NCBI GenBank assembly: GCA_024639185.1
Contig: JAHEIW010000005.1
Span: 12,121-76,120 of the forward strand
DNA: 64,000 bases
Origin: Deltaproteobacteria bacterium
GTDB lineage: Bacteria > Desulfobacterota > Desulfobacteria > Desulfobacterales > JAHEIW01
Direction: 5' to 3'
Shown: positions 37,212-47,983 of the stretch, piece by piece
Numbering within the stretch: the first letter of the stretch is position 1
Layout of the letters: every line of letters begins with the position of its first letter
The notes under the pieces: model-generated
What the model was told of the DNA's origin: nothing
Seen by the model: the letters and a program-made list of their open reading frames with translations, nothing else
Databases searched by the model: none
Position numbers and translations under genes: made by a program

Positions 37212-38776
37212 TTTCTTTTTATGCCCATTTTTATTTCAGCAAGCATGTTGCCCAGTTCCGTGCTCTTGATACCATAGGAACACACCACGAAAATCGCCAC
37301 CCCGGCAGCTACACAGGCCATCACTCCCGCAAATAACGCAATGAAAGAAGTGCCTTGATCGGGTATAAGAAATTGTGCTGCAACCCAGACAGCTGTGCCC
37401 ATTACGGCAGCGCTGACCAGTGTTTTCAACGCGGATTGTGCTATGCCCCGCCATCCCAGAGAACCGAGTTTTTTACGCAGGGCGAATACCAGGAGGGCAA
37501 GGTTTAATACGGAAGCCAGCGATGTCGCCAGCGCAAGCCCCGCGTGGGCCAGCGGTTTCATCAAAACGACTCCAAGCCCGATATTGGCCAGGATGGAAAC
37601 GGTTGCCAAAACCATCGGCGTACGGGTATCTTTCAGGGCAAAAAATGTTGCCGCTACGATTCGCACCGCCGAAAAGGCCCATAGACCTATAGCATAGTAT
37701 AAAAGTGCCTGGGCAGTCAACAGCGTGGCTTGCAAACTAAATTCACCCCTTTGAAACAGCATGGTAATGATCGGTACGCGCAGGACAATTAATCCCATCA
37801 TGGAAGGAATCGTCAAAAATAACGTTAATCGAACAGCGTAGCCAAAAGTGTCTTTTAAGGCGTTGAGATCGTTTAAGGATGCCTGGCGCGAAAGACTTGG
37901 CAGAACCGCTGTTGCCGCAGCAATCGCAAATATGCCCAGAGGAAATTGAACCAATCGGTCCGCAAAATACAGAACGGACACGCTGCCCTCCGGTAGAAAA
38001 GATCCCAGCAGCGTTCCGACCAGTACATTGATCTGATATACGGCTCCCCCGAGGATAACGGGCGGCATGAGCCGACTCATTTTTTTTAAGCCGGGATGCC
38101 CCATTTTTGCTTTTTGCCAAAAATTAAACCCGTGACCGGCCATGACCGGCAACTGCAGAAACAGTTGGAGGATGCCGCCGATCATCACGCCAATGGCCAG
38201 TCCCAGAACCGGTGTATTAAGGTGCGGGCATAGAAAAAAAACTGAAAAAATGATGGCCAGGTTCAGCAGCACCGGGGCCAGCGCAGGTGCGGCAAAGTGC
38301 CCGAATACGTTCAGAATCCCCATGCACAGGGCCACCAGGCCAATAAAGAAAATATAAGGAAACATAATGCGGGTCAGTGTAATGGTAAGCGCCAATTTAT
38401 CCGGTGTGCCAATAAAGCCGGGAGCAATAAATTTGACGATCAGGGGTGCGATCAGGATGCCGATTAAAGAAATCACCACCAGGATAATCGATAATACCCA
38501 CAGGGCAGAGCGTGCCAGACGAAATGCTTCTTCCCTGCCATCGATTGCCAGATAGTCGGTCAATACCGGCACAAACGCATTGCTGATGGAACCTTCACCC
38601 AATAATTTTCGTAGCAGATTGGGTATTCTAAAGGCGGCGATAAAAGCGTCTGAATAGTGACCGGCGCCAAAATACCAGGCAATCACCGCATCGCGAAAAA
38701 ATCCCAGGATTCGGCTCAGTAATGTCGCGGCTCCGACAACGCCGGCTGCCTTAATCACCCGGGATTTTTCAGACAT
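37208..38776 (-). CDS. murJ: lipid II flippase MurJ (MviN)
   Basis: 522 aa, polytopic. N-terminus LLSRILGFFRDAVIAWYFGAG..SDAF..AFRIPNLLR..L.EG. Confidence 0.9.
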   Translation of the reverse strand: MSEKSRVIKAAGVVGAATLLSRILGFFRDAVIAWYFGAGHYSDAFIAAFRIPNLLRKLLGEGSISNAFVPVLTDYLAIDGREEAFRLARSALWVLSIILVVISLIGILIAPLIVKFIAPGFIGTPDKLALTITLTRIMFPYIFFIGLVALCMGILNVFGHFAAPALAPVLLNLAIIFSVFFLCPHLNTPVLGLAIGVMIGGILQLFLQLPVMAGHGFNFWQKAKMGHPGLKKMSRLMPPVILGGAVYQINVLVGTLLGSFLPEGSVSVLYFADRLVQFPLGIFAIAAATAVLPSLSRQASLNDLNALKDTFGYAVRLTLFLTIPSMMGLIVLRVPIITMLFQRGEFSLQATLLTAQALLYYAIGLWAFSAVRIVAATFFALKDTRTPMVLATVSILANIGLGVVLMKPLAHAGLALATSLASVLNLALLVFALRKKLGSLGWRGIAQSALKTLVSAAVMGTAVWVAAQFLIPDQGTSFIALFAGVMACVAAGVAIFVVCSYGIKSTELGNMLAEIKMGIKRK

Positions 38777-38894
38777 GGCTGAATTTGGAGAAAATCACTT
38801 GACATTCGGATTCGTGTTTTATAAATATTATTGTTTATGGTAATATATCGTGTGTATTGACGCTGGGACGACATGCAAAAAAGGAGTTAAAACT

Positions 38895-39164
38895 TTGGCA
38901 AATCATGAATCGGCTGAAAAACGTGCCCGCCAGAACGAAAAACGGCGGATTCGCAACAAAGCGGTCAAAACCCGCATCAAGAAAATAACCAAAGATGTCC
39001 GCCAGGCTTCTGCTGAAACCGCAAAAGAAGACGCGAAGGCCAAAATGGATGCGGCCCAATCCTTGATTGACAAAGCCGTCAAAAAAGGTGTCATTCACAA
39101 AAAAACAGCTGCCCGCAAGATATCGCGCCTGTCCAAACTGGTGAATACGATTGTTGTTTTTTAG
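38895..39164 (+). CDS. rpsT: 30S ribosomal protein S20
   Basis: TTG start at 38895, 8 nt after AAGGAG, gives MANHESAEKRARQNEKRR, the canonical S20 N-terminus. The track ORF start (38850) is upstream of the RBS. Confidence 0.9.
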   Translation: MANHESAEKRARQNEKRRIRNKAVKTRIKKITKDVRQASAETAKEDAKAKMDAAQSLIDKAVKKGVIHKKTAARKISRLSKLVNTIVVF

Positions 39165-39191
39165 CGACCTGCTATTTTTGCTTGCCCACAC

Positions 39192-39713
39192 TTAGAAATC
39201 GTCGCTGAAGCGGTTAACGACTTGCTCAGCGATGCGTTTTGACAATTTCCTTATCGCATTTCTGCGATTTGCATCGGTTATTTCCGGATTTACGTCTACC
39301 AGGTACGCTTCATAATCTGAAATGTTCTCCCGTGCCCAGACGGTGCTGCCGTCGGTTTTCCTCAGCTTTAGGGCGACCGTTACGGTCACACGCCGCTGAT
39401 TGGCGACTGTGGGTTCGCTGACCGAAATGGTACTGATGTTTACGTGTTTGACGGTACCGCTCAGAACCACATCGGCATCTGCCAACCCACCGGCCAGACG
39501 ATGTGTTTTGCGCAAGGTCAATTCAGAGAGCAGCGCGGCAGTGATGATGCTTTCCACCCCGGTTTCCTGGGTTTTATTTTCCAGAACGGTTACGAAAAGA
39601 CGCTCGGTATCACCAGGAAATCCACCCTGCCCGGCAAACCGGTAACCACATGCTTCACACATAGTTACCAAAAGTACGATGATGAGGCAAACCTTGCTTA
39701 TATTCAAATGCAT
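39192..39713 (-). CDS. lptE: LPS-assembly lipoprotein LptE
   Basis: 173 aa. Lipobox ..MCEAC-GYRFAG, and conserved leuS-lptE synteny. Confidence 0.7.
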   Translation of the reverse strand: MHLNISKVCLIIVLLVTMCEACGYRFAGQGGFPGDTERLFVTVLENKTQETGVESIITAALLSELTLRKTHRLAGGLADADVVLSGTVKHVNISTISVSEPTVANQRRVTVTVALKLRKTDGSTVWARENISDYEAYLVDVNPEITDANRRNAIRKLSKRIAEQVVNRFSDDF

Positions 39714-39750
39714 ATCACCCGGGTAAGATTTCAGGTGTCAATTTTCATAG

Positions 39751-39853
39751 GACAGAGGTCAGATGACAGAAGAAAGATAGAAAAATCTGCAAGTTAGAAT
39801 ACCGATATGACCTTCCCTTTTCTGACCTCTGCCTTCTGTTTTCTGTCTTCTGA
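39751..39853. repeat. periodic-arm palindrome (heptamer word GACAGAN / YTTCTGN)
   Basis: GACAGAG GTCAGAT GACAGAA GAAAGAT AGAAAAA (39751-39785) faces TTTCTGA CCTCTGC CTTCTGT TTTCTGT CTTCTGA (39819-39853). Fills the leuS-lptE intercistronic gap. Confidence 0.8.
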
Positions 39854-39856
39854 ACC

Positions 39857-42448
39857 TTAGACAACGATATTGACCAGTTTATCCTTGACGTAAATTACCT
39901 TTTTGACCGCTTTGCCTTCGGTGAATTTCACAATGCGCGAATCTTCGAGCGCCTGCTGCTTGATGGTTTCTTCCGGCGTGTCGACGGCCACAGAGAATTT
40001 ACTGCGCAGCTTGCCGTTTACCTGAATGACGATCAACAAATCATCTTTCTCCAGAGCCGCTTCTGTGTAAGAAGGCCATGCGGCAAGCAGAACACTGGAT
40101 GAATGTCCCATGGACTTCCACAACTCCTCAGCAAAATGGGGGACGATGGGGGCCAGCAAAAGCGTCAGAGACTCGACCGCCAATCGCATAACCGGTACCG
40201 TTTGGGGTTCGTCGTTGGTGTTGTCGATGGCAGACATTGTATTGAATAACTCCATAACCGCACTGATGGCCGTATTAAAGTGGTAACGATCCTCGATATC
40301 ACGCGAGACCTTCATGATGGTTTGATGCGTTTTTTTGTACAGTTGTCTGACGGCGCTTTCCAGCGTATCCGGGTCGCCGTCAAATGCGACCGCTGTTTTA
40401 ACCCGATCCATCCACTCGGCAGTCAGGCGCCAGACGCGGTTTAAAAACCGGTACCCCCCTTCAACGCCCTGCTCGCTCCATTCCAGATCCCGCTCCGGCG
40501 GAGCCGCAAACAGGCAGAAAAAACGGGTGGTGTCAGCACCGTATTTTTCCAATAAAATATTCGGATCAATGACATTCTTTTTGGATTTGGACATCTTTTC
40601 CACGCGGCCTACGACCGCTGGCCGGTCACAATGGCTGCACATTAGCTGACCGCTATCTTCTGTGACTTCGTCCGGCAGCAGATAGCCATGCCGGGAGCAG
40701 GAAACCGTTTCTTTACAAACCATTCCCTGTGTCAGCAGGCGCGTAAAAGGCTCTTTAAAGTTGACCAATCCCTGATCGTTTAATACCCGAGTGTAATACC
40801 GCGAGTAAAGCAGATGCAAAATCGCATGTTCAACACCGCCTATATACTGATCCACCGGCATCCAGTAATCCACTGCCTTTAAATCGAACATTCCGCTATC
40901 AAAATTCGGACTGCAATAGCGGTCGAAATACCAGGACGATTCAACGAATGTATCCATGGTGTCGGTTTCCCTGCGGGCATTCGGATCGCTGCATGCGGGA
41001 CAGGTGGTCTTTACAAATGCGTCTAGCTGCGATAGCGGCGATTTACCGCCTTCGAGCAATTCAACATCTTCTGGCAGGACCACGGGCAAATCTGATTCCG
41101 CTACCGGCACGACACCACATTTGTCGCAATGGATAATGGGAATCGGAGCCCCCCAGTAGCGCTGTCTGGAAATGCCCCAATCGCGCAATCGAAAACTGAC
41201 TTCTTTTTGCCCCAAGTTGTTTTTTTCCAAAAAGGCCGCAATCGCATCCATTGCCGCCCGATTATCCAGACCGTTAAATTCACCGGAATTCACCATGATG
41301 CCGTCGTCTGTATAGGCTTCCGTCATGCTGGCGCCATCTAAATCTTCATCCGGTGGTTTGACCACAACCACAATGCCTAAATCGTATTTTTTGGCAAAAT
41401 CAAAATCGCGCTGATCATGAGCAGGGACTGCCATAACGGCACCGGTTCCGTATTCCATCAGCGCAAAATTGGCTGTATAAATCGGCATGCGGGCACCGTT
41501 TAAAGGATTGATACAGTGTGCCCCGACAAACACGCCTTCTTTTTCATATTCCTCTATGGCTTTGTCAGAGCGATCCTGCATAGACATTCGTTCGACAAAT
41601 TCCCGCACGGGTTTTTCCTGTGGTGTTCCGCTCGACAGCTGCAAGGTGAGCGGATGTTCCGGCGCCAGCGACATGAAGGTCGCACCAAAAACAGTGTCAT
41701 GGCGGGTGGTAAATACCGGGATGACGACGTCCTGGTCTTCAACCGGAAACCGGATTTCAGCCCCAAAACTTTTGCCGATCCAATTTTTTTGCATGGTGAT
41801 CACTTTTTCCGGCCACCCGGGCAATTGATCGGAATGGGTCAGTAAATCGTCGGCGTAATCGGTGGTTCTAAAAAACCATTGCGCCAGTTTTTTTTGCCGC
41901 ACCGGCTCCCCGCAGCGCCAGCACATACCCGCTTCGACCTGTTCGTTGGCCAGAACCGTCTGGCAGGAGTGGCACCAATTGACAGAGGATTCTTTACGGT
42001 AGGCCATGCCTTTGGCATACATTTTAAGAAAGAGCCACTGCTCCCACCGGTAGTATTCCGGGCGGCAGGTTGCAATTTCCCGGTCCCAGTCATATGAAAA
42101 ACCGAGCTTTTTTAATTGCGCGCGCATCGCATCGATGTTGGCATAGGTCCATTTGGCAGGATGGGTCTTGTGGGCAATCGCTGCATTTTCGGCCGGCATG
42201 CCAAATGCGTCCCAGCCCATGGGATGCAGGACGTTAAAGCCGCGCATCCTTTTATAGCGCGCAACAACATCACCGATAGTGTAGTTGCGAACATGGCCTA
42301 TATGAATGTGCCCGGAGGGATATGGAAACATTTCCAGAAGATAATATTTCTCCTTATCCGGATCCTCCTTGACTTTAAAAAGCCGGGTGGACTCCCAGTA
42401 AGCCTGCCATTTCGGTTCAATTTTTTTAGGGTCGTATTTCGAGTCCAT
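39857..42448 (-). CDS. leuS: leucine--tRNA ligase
   Basis: ATG at 42448 with GGAGG 3 nt upstream gives [22 protein letters not shown] (PSGHIHIGH) and KMSKS motifs are present. The 28-aa upstream extension of the track ORF is discarded. Confidence 0.95.
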   Translation of the reverse strand: MDSKYDPKKIEPKWQAYWESTRLFKVKEDPDKEKYYLLEMFPYPSGHIHIGHVRNYTIGDVVARYKRMRGFNVLHPMGWDAFGMPAENAAIAHKTHPAKWTYANIDAMRAQLKKLGFSYDWDREIATCRPEYYRWEQWLFLKMYAKGMAYRKESSVNWCHSCQTVLANEQVEAGMCWRCGEPVRQKKLAQWFFRTTDYADDLLTHSDQLPGWPEKVITMQKNWIGKSFGAEIRFPVEDQDVVIPVFTTRHDTVFGATFMSLAPEHPLTLQLSSGTPQEKPVREFVERMSMQDRSDKAIEEYEKEGVFVGAHCINPLNGARMPIYTANFALMEYGTGAVMAVPAHDQRDFDFAKKYDLGIVVVVKPPDEDLDGASMTEAYTDDGIMVNSGEFNGLDNRAAMDAIAAFLEKNNLGQKEVSFRLRDWGISRQRYWGAPIPIIHCDKCGVVPVAESDLPVVLPEDVELLEGGKSPLSQLDAFVKTTCPACSDPNARRETDTMDTFVESSWYFDRYCSPNFDSGMFDLKAVDYWMPVDQYIGGVEHAILHLLYSRYYTRVLNDQGLVNFKEPFTRLLTQGMVCKETVSCSRHGYLLPDEVTEDSGQLMCSHCDRPAVVGRVEKMSKSKKNVIDPNILLEKYGADTTRFFCLFAAPPERDLEWSEQGVEGGYRFLNRVWRLTAEWMDRVKTAVAFDGDPDTLESAVRQLYKKTHQTIMKVSRDIEDRYHFNTAISAVMELFNTMSAIDNTNDEPQTVPVMRLAVESLTLLLAPIVPHFAEELWKSMGHSSSVLLAAWPSYTEAALEKDDLLIVIQVNGKLRSKFSVAVDTPEETIKQQALEDSRIVKFTEGKAVKKVIYVKDKLVNIVV

Positions 42449-42789
42449 TACCTCCACCTCTACCTGCCGGGTTTTTTGTTCTGCCACAAGCATGTTGAAG
42501 TCTTCCTTGCCACAAAATGATAACAATAGCAAGATAGTCCGTCAACTCAACGACATCCCCGGCATCAAAGGATGGGCGCCTGCCTGCACCGACCGAAATA
42601 GATCCGGCAGCCAGAAATCGTTTGACTTGTTACCGACAATTGCATATTCAGGCAATACACCAGCTGGGCGCATCGCCCGATTAGGTATATGGGAATCCAT
42701 CATTCAATTAATCCAGAGCCAATTGTTCATCAGGCTCCGCATGAATGGTAGATTTTCAGTTGATAATAGATATAAAAGGTAAACACTTT

Positions 42790-44277
42790 ATGGGTATTAA
42801 AATCCTCATTAATGCTATTGACCCGGAAGAATGCAGGGTTGCCGCGGTAAAAGCAAGTAAACTGGAAGAGTTTTACGTTGAAAGCGCTGCCCGGGAAATT
42901 ACCCAGGGCAACATTTACAAAGGAATCATATCCAGAATCGAACCCAGCCTTCAGGCCGTGTTTGTGGATTATGGCGCCGAGCGTCACGGTTTTTTGCAAC
43001 AGCACGAAATCCACAGCGATTATTACCATGAGAGTAAAGATGGCGGCCCCTCGATCGAAAAGCTTGTCAGACGCGGCCAGGAAGTCATGGTTCAGGTCAC
43101 CAAAGAACCCTTTATGAAAAAAGGCGCCATGCTGACCACTTTTGTATCCCTGGCGGGCCGCTATCTGGTGCTCATGCCCGGAAGCGATAAGCATGGTATT
43201 TCCCGTAAGATTGACGATGAAGATGAACGCAGCCGCCTGAAGGACCTCCTTGATAAGTTAAAAATACCAGAAGGCTTTGGATTAATCGTGCGCACGGTTG
43301 GCATGAATTGTACCAAAACCCTGTTGATCCGCGATTTGCGGTATTTGCTGCGTCTATGGAAAACAATCAAAAAAAGTGTCATGCAGGAAACAGCCCCGGC
43401 CCTGCTATACCGCGAAAGAAATCTCGTTTTACGGTCCATCCGTGATTACTTCACCCCGGAGGTGACCGAAATTTTGATCGATGACCCCTCGGTGTTTCAA
43501 GAGGTCAAGAACTTCATTAGAATAATTTCCCGCAAACACCATAAAATCGTTCGATTGTACAAGGGCGCCAAGCCGATATTTACCCAATTTGGGATTGAAG
43601 ACCAGATCGCACCCATTTTTGAGAGCCGCATCAATTTAAAATCAGGCGGATCCATCGTGATTGAGCAAACCGAGGCACTGGTTTCCATTGATGTCAACTC
43701 TGGCAAAAGCAAGCATGAACGGTCCATTGAAAAAACCGCCTTGGTGACCAACCGCGAGGCAGCAGAAGAAGCTGCCCGCCAGTTGCGCCTGAGAGATCTG
43801 GGCGGGCTGATTGTCATCGATTTTATTGATATGCGCGAACCCAAACATCGTTCCGAAGTTGAGCGCCACCTGCGGCGTTTTGTCGCTGACGACAAAGCCA
43901 AAACGAAAGTCGGCAAGATTTCAAGATTTGGGATGCTGGAAATGTCCCGCCAGCGGATTCGGCCTTCGATTGAATTTGGCAGCTACCACCCCTGTCGCTA
44001 TTGCAAAGGCAAAGGTTTGGTGGCCTCGACCGAAACGCTGGCTGTCGGATTTCTTCGAAAACTCAGTTTAGAAACCCTCAAACCGGGAGTCACCGCTGTA
44101 ATCGGTATTGTTCCGGTGGATGTGGCGGATTACCTGTTAAATAAAAAACGAAAAGAAATCGCCGAACTGGAGGAGCGTCGCAACTTAAGTGTCAAAATCG
44201 AAGGTGATTTGTCCATGACCCCGGGAGACAGCAATATCATCTATCAGAATCACAAGAAACCACAGACGAATACCTGA
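42790..44277 (+). CDS. rng: ribonuclease G/E family endoribonuclease
   Basis: Starts at MGIKILINA..EECRVAAV. S1 domain (GNIYKGIISRIEPSLQAVFVDYG) and catalytic region (IDVNSGK, LRDLGGLIVIDFIDM). Confidence 0.85.
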   Translation: MGIKILINAIDPEECRVAAVKASKLEEFYVESAAREITQGNIYKGIISRIEPSLQAVFVDYGAERHGFLQQHEIHSDYYHESKDGGPSIEKLVRRGQEVMVQVTKEPFMKKGAMLTTFVSLAGRYLVLMPGSDKHGISRKIDDEDERSRLKDLLDKLKIPEGFGLIVRTVGMNCTKTLLIRDLRYLLRLWKTIKKSVMQETAPALLYRERNLVLRSIRDYFTPEVTEILIDDPSVFQEVKNFIRIISRKHHKIVRLYKGAKPIFTQFGIEDQIAPIFESRINLKSGGSIVIEQTEALVSIDVNSGKSKHERSIEKTALVTNREAAEEAARQLRLRDLGGLIVIDFIDMREPKHRSEVERHLRRFVADDKAKTKVGKISRFGMLEMSRQRIRPSIEFGSYHPCRYCKGKGLVASTETLAVGFLRKLSLETLKPGVTAVIGIVPVDVADYLLNKKRKEIAELEERRNLSVKIEGDLSMTPGDSNIIYQNHKKPQTNT

Positions 44278-44495
44278 ATTCGATATTGACAGCCTTTTTA
44301 TATTGCTGTATCTGGTGGCTCAATTGATCTCAAGCTGTACCGTTATTTGGCACGTAAACTTGCAATCCTTAAAAAGTGCGCTAAGATTGATAATATTCAG
44401 TCTACCTTCTTTAGTATGATGGGTAGACGACAACGCAAGGGTCGAGACATCAATCCAGCTCAGCGGGTTGTCTCTCGATTAGAGGAGGTACTATT

Positions 44496-44834
44496 TTGAT
44501 TGACATCGCTTATGCAATGGGTGGGGGTGGAGCCGGAGGAGAAGGCGTAGCCGGGTTTGGCGGGTTTATCCCGATCATTCTGATGTTCGTTATTTTTTAT
44601 TTTCTACTGATCCGACCCCAGCAAAAAAGACAAAAAGATCACCGCAGTATGATATCGAGCCTAAAAAAGGGAGACCGCGTTATCACCAGCGGCGGTTTGC
44701 ACGGTCGCATCACCGGAATAGATGATACGACATTAACGCTCGAAATAGCGGACAAAGTCAGAGTCAAAGTTGCGCGCTCCAACGTATCGGCCATGGTTCA
44801 GACGACTTCCCAGCCGCAACCGCCAAAAAAGTAA
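44496..44834 (+). CDS. yajC: preprotein translocase subunit YajC
   Basis: 112 aa. TTG start 7 nt after GAGGAGG. ..IRPQQKR.K.H..M...L.KGD.V.T.GG..G.I motif. Confidence 0.85.
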   Translation: MIDIAYAMGGGGAGGEGVAGFGGFIPIILMFVIFYFLLIRPQQKRQKDHRSMISSLKKGDRVITSGGLHGRITGIDDTTLTLEIADKVRVKVARSNVSAMVQTTSQPQPPKK

Positions 44835-44883
44835 CAGCAACTTTCGCAGTGAATTCATTTCGAATGCGATTGAGGACGATGTT

Positions 44884-44939
44884 AATGGTTGAATCGTTAA
44901 ACGCTAAGCCGGAAACAGGCGTTTAGCCATTCAACCATT
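44884..44939. repeat. intercistronic long hairpin (yajC-secD gap)
   Basis: AATGGTTGAAT (44884-44894) pairs perfectly with ATTCAACCATT (44929-44939). The inner TTAAACGC / GCGTTTAG pair is also complementary. The arms show a 7-8 nt TTAA/TTGA spacing. Confidence 0.65.
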
Positions 44940-45010
44940 TGTCTATTTAGCGAACTGATTTATGCTGCCCGCAGCGGAGCCCTCTGAACGCTGTTTCACC
45001 TGAGGCCGAT

Positions 45011-46618
45011 ATGGCGGCTGGCACTGAACAGGTAAGGATATCAGCATTGAAAAATTTTTCATGGAAACTGATTCTTGTTTTTGTCATCATTGTAACAGCG
45101 GTTATCTATGTGCTTCCAACCGTTGAGCCGGCTTTATGGCCGCACAAGCAAATTAACCTGGGGCTGGACCTGCAAGGCGGGATGCACTTGGTGCTGGAGG
45201 TCGACACGGCCAAAGCCGTGGACGGACAGGTGGAGCGGATCATGCAGGAAATTCGTGATCAGCTCAGGAAAGAACGCCTGCGCGGCGTTTCTTTGGATCG
45301 CCAGGAAGGAAACAAAATTGTCGCCACCATCCAGGATCCGCAACTTGCTGAAAAATTCAACGTGCTCATCAAAGACGCGTTTGATCCGCTCAAAAGCACC
45401 CAAAATGTATCCGGCGGCACCACCAACATCATCCTGCAGCTGCCTCCCGCTGAAGCTGAAAACGTTGAAAAGCTGGCGGTCGATCAGGCCCTGGAAACCA
45501 TCCGCAATCGCATCGACCAATTTGGTGTGGCCGAGCCCGATATTCGTCGTCAGGGACAAAGACGAATATTAATTCAACTGCCGGGAATCAAAGACGCCGA
45601 CCGTGCTAAAGACTTAATCGGCCGTACCGCCCTTCTGGAATTTAAACTGGTGGATGACACCCAGGATACCAGAGTGTTTGAAAAAGGCAGTGTCCCGCCC
45701 GGCAGGGAAATACTCTATCGGGTCGAAACGGATGCTGAAAGCGGCCAGGTTTCAAAAGTGCCTTTTTTGCTGAAAAAACGAACGCTGTTGACCGGTGCCA
45801 ACCTGACCAATGCGCGCGTCGATTTCGATCAGTTTAACATCCCTTTTGTGTCCATAAATTTCGATAAAAAAGGGGCGCGGGATTTTGAACGCATCACCGG
45901 CGAAAATGTGAACAAACGGCTGGCAATCGTTCTCGATAATACGGTGGCGTCGGCACCTGTTATCCAGGAAAAGATTGCCGGCGGCCAGGCACGCATCACA
46001 GGTAATTTTACCCTGGAAGAAGCCAAAGACCTGGCTATTGTGTTGCGCGCCGGTGCTCTGCCGGCTCCGGTTAACATATTGGAGGAACGCACGGTGGGCC
46101 CTTCACTCGGAGCTGACTCTATTCGCAAAGGGCTGATTTCGATGTTGATCGGCGGGGTTCTGGTAGTGCTGTTCATGATCGTGTACTACAAAAGCGCCGG
46201 TCTTATTGCTGATATAGCCCTGATATTGAATATTATTCTGATTGCCGCCGGGCTGGCGGCGGCCAGTGCCACCTTAACACTTCCAGGGATCGCCGGCATT
46301 ATCCTCACCATCGGCATGGCCGTGGATGCCAATGTGATCATATTCGAGCGCATCCGGGAAGAACTGGCATTGGGGCGTACGCCCAGAGCCGCAGTTGACG
46401 CCGGTTTTGATCGCGCCACCCTGACAATTCTCGATGCCAATGTGACCACCTTGATTGCGGCCATCGTGCTATTCCAATTCGGAACCGGACCGGTAAAAGG
46501 ATTCGCGGTCACCTTGAGTTTGGGCGTGATTGCCAGCATGTTCACCGCATTGGTGCTGTCGCGTCTGATATTCAATTATATTCTGGCCGGCCGCAAAGCC
46601 AAAGCACTCAGCATTTAA
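45011..46618 (+). CDS. secD: protein translocase subunit SecD
   Basis: 535 aa. LGLDL.GG..L, a periplasmic domain, and a C-terminal 6-TM block with TL.GIAG.IL.IGM.VD.NV.IFERI.EE. Confidence 0.9.
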   Translation: MAAGTEQVRISALKNFSWKLILVFVIIVTAVIYVLPTVEPALWPHKQINLGLDLQGGMHLVLEVDTAKAVDGQVERIMQEIRDQLRKERLRGVSLDRQEGNKIVATIQDPQLAEKFNVLIKDAFDPLKSTQNVSGGTTNIILQLPPAEAENVEKLAVDQALETIRNRIDQFGVAEPDIRRQGQRRILIQLPGIKDADRAKDLIGRTALLEFKLVDDTQDTRVFEKGSVPPGREILYRVETDAESGQVSKVPFLLKKRTLLTGANLTNARVDFDQFNIPFVSINFDKKGARDFERITGENVNKRLAIVLDNTVASAPVIQEKIAGGQARITGNFTLEEAKDLAIVLRAGALPAPVNILEERTVGPSLGADSIRKGLISMLIGGVLVVLFMIVYYKSAGLIADIALILNIILIAAGLAAASATLTLPGIAGIILTIGMAVDANVIIFERIREELALGRTPRAAVDAGFDRATLTILDANVTTLIAAIVLFQFGTGPVKGFAVTLSLGVIASMFTALVLSRLIFNYILAGRKAKALSI

Positions 46619-46771
46619 AGAGGACCCGTTTTCCCGGACAGAAAAATGACGGTTGTGGCGGCCATGCGTAACGTAAGATATTAAACAGGTGTCGGGCCTT
46701 GAGGCTCCACCGTTAACATCGACCCCTGCAGCGCAGGTCTGGCGCAAGCGGGTATTGAAAGAGAAGACTTC

Positions 46772-47812
46772 ATGCGGTTCATCAAACCTGACATCAACAT
46801 CGATTTTATTGGTAAAAAGAAGATTGCCTTTGCTCTGTCTTTTGCTTTTGTGGCCATTAGTATTTTGTCGTTGATTTTTCATGGTGGCCCCAGGCTCGGC
46901 ATTGATTTTGCCGGCGGGACATTGGTCCAGGTAAAGTTTAAAACGCCGGTCCAAATCGATGTCATTAAAACCGGCATTAACACAATCGGTCTGGAGAATT
47001 CGTCTGTACAGCAATTCGGCCAGGAAACAGACAATGAATTTCTCATTCGAACAGAAATCTCATACGGCAGCGGTGAAGGTTTTAGTTCGGATTTGAATAA
47101 TGCGCTTCAGGAATCCACCGGGAACGAAGTGGAAATCCGGCGGGTAGAAATGGTGGGCCCCCAGGTGGGCAAAGATCTGCGTGAAAAGGCCTTGTTTGCC
47201 ATCTTCTATGCCCTGCTGTTTATCACCATTTACATATCCGGGCGCTTTGAACTGAAATGGATTTTGAGCGGCGTGGTGGCCGCTGCGCTTATCGGCGCGG
47301 TCTATCTTTTCGATTTGTTTAATGTCAGCATTCCATTTCTGATCGGCGCGGCGCTGCTCGTCACGCTGGTGGTTTTCTGGTTTCTGGAGCTCAAATACGC
47401 CATGGGGGCCATTGTGGCGTTGATGCATGATGTTATCATTACCATTGGCATCTTTTCTATTTTTGATAAGGAATTTACCCTGCCGATTATCGCCGCGTTG
47501 CTGACGATCGTGGGCTATTCGTTAAATGACACCATTATCGTCTTTGACCGTATTCGAGAAAATCTGAAAAAATTTCATAAAAAACCGCTGGATTTTGTTG
47601 TCAACCGGTCGATCAACGAAACCCTCAGCAGAACCATTTTGACCTCATTGACGACCCTTGTGGTCGTGGTTACCCTTTTTGTTCTCGGGGGGGGCATTAT
47701 TCACGATTTTGCCTTTGCCTTGATTGTCGGCATCCTGGCAGGTACATATTCTTCCATCTATGTGGCAAGCCCCATCTTACTGGCCTGGCAAGGACGCGGA
47801 AAAAAGAAATGA
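46772..47812 (+). CDS. secF: protein translocase subunit SecF
   Basis: 346 aa. GIDF.GGT, then GYS.NDTI.VFDRIREN. Confidence 0.9.
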   Translation: MRFIKPDINIDFIGKKKIAFALSFAFVAISILSLIFHGGPRLGIDFAGGTLVQVKFKTPVQIDVIKTGINTIGLENSSVQQFGQETDNEFLIRTEISYGSGEGFSSDLNNALQESTGNEVEIRRVEMVGPQVGKDLREKALFAIFYALLFITIYISGRFELKWILSGVVAAALIGAVYLFDLFNVSIPFLIGAALLVTLVVFWFLELKYAMGAIVALMHDVIITIGIFSIFDKEFTLPIIAALLTIVGYSLNDTIIVFDRIRENLKKFHKKPLDFVVNRSINETLSRTILTSLTTLVVVVTLFVLGGGIIHDFAFALIVGILAGTYSSIYVASPILLAWQGRGKKK

Positions 47813-47889
47813 TCAACAACCGACGGCTGATGGACTGGTCCGCACAACCCATTTTTCTGTGGCAACCCACGAGACAGCAACGGTTTGAA

Positions 47890-47918
47890 TTGACATTGAT
47901 TTAAACAGACTTTAAAAT
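47890..47918 (+). promoter_or_regulatory. near-consensus sigma70 promoter candidate upstream of dprA-topA
   Basis: TTGACA (47890-47895), 17-nt spacer, TAAAAT (47913-47918). Confidence 0.5.
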
Positions 47919-47955
47919 TATCTCATAAATGACAATTTGTTTGCGCCCGACTGCT

Positions 47956-47977
47956 CCCCCTTTCTCAGGGGGTTTTT
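47956..47977 (+). terminator. terminator-like hairpin with T-run in the dprA 5' leader
   Basis: CCCCCT-TTCTC-AGGGGG followed by TTTTT, ending 6 nt before the dprA ATG. Confidence 0.4.
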
Positions 47978-47983
47978 AACGAG

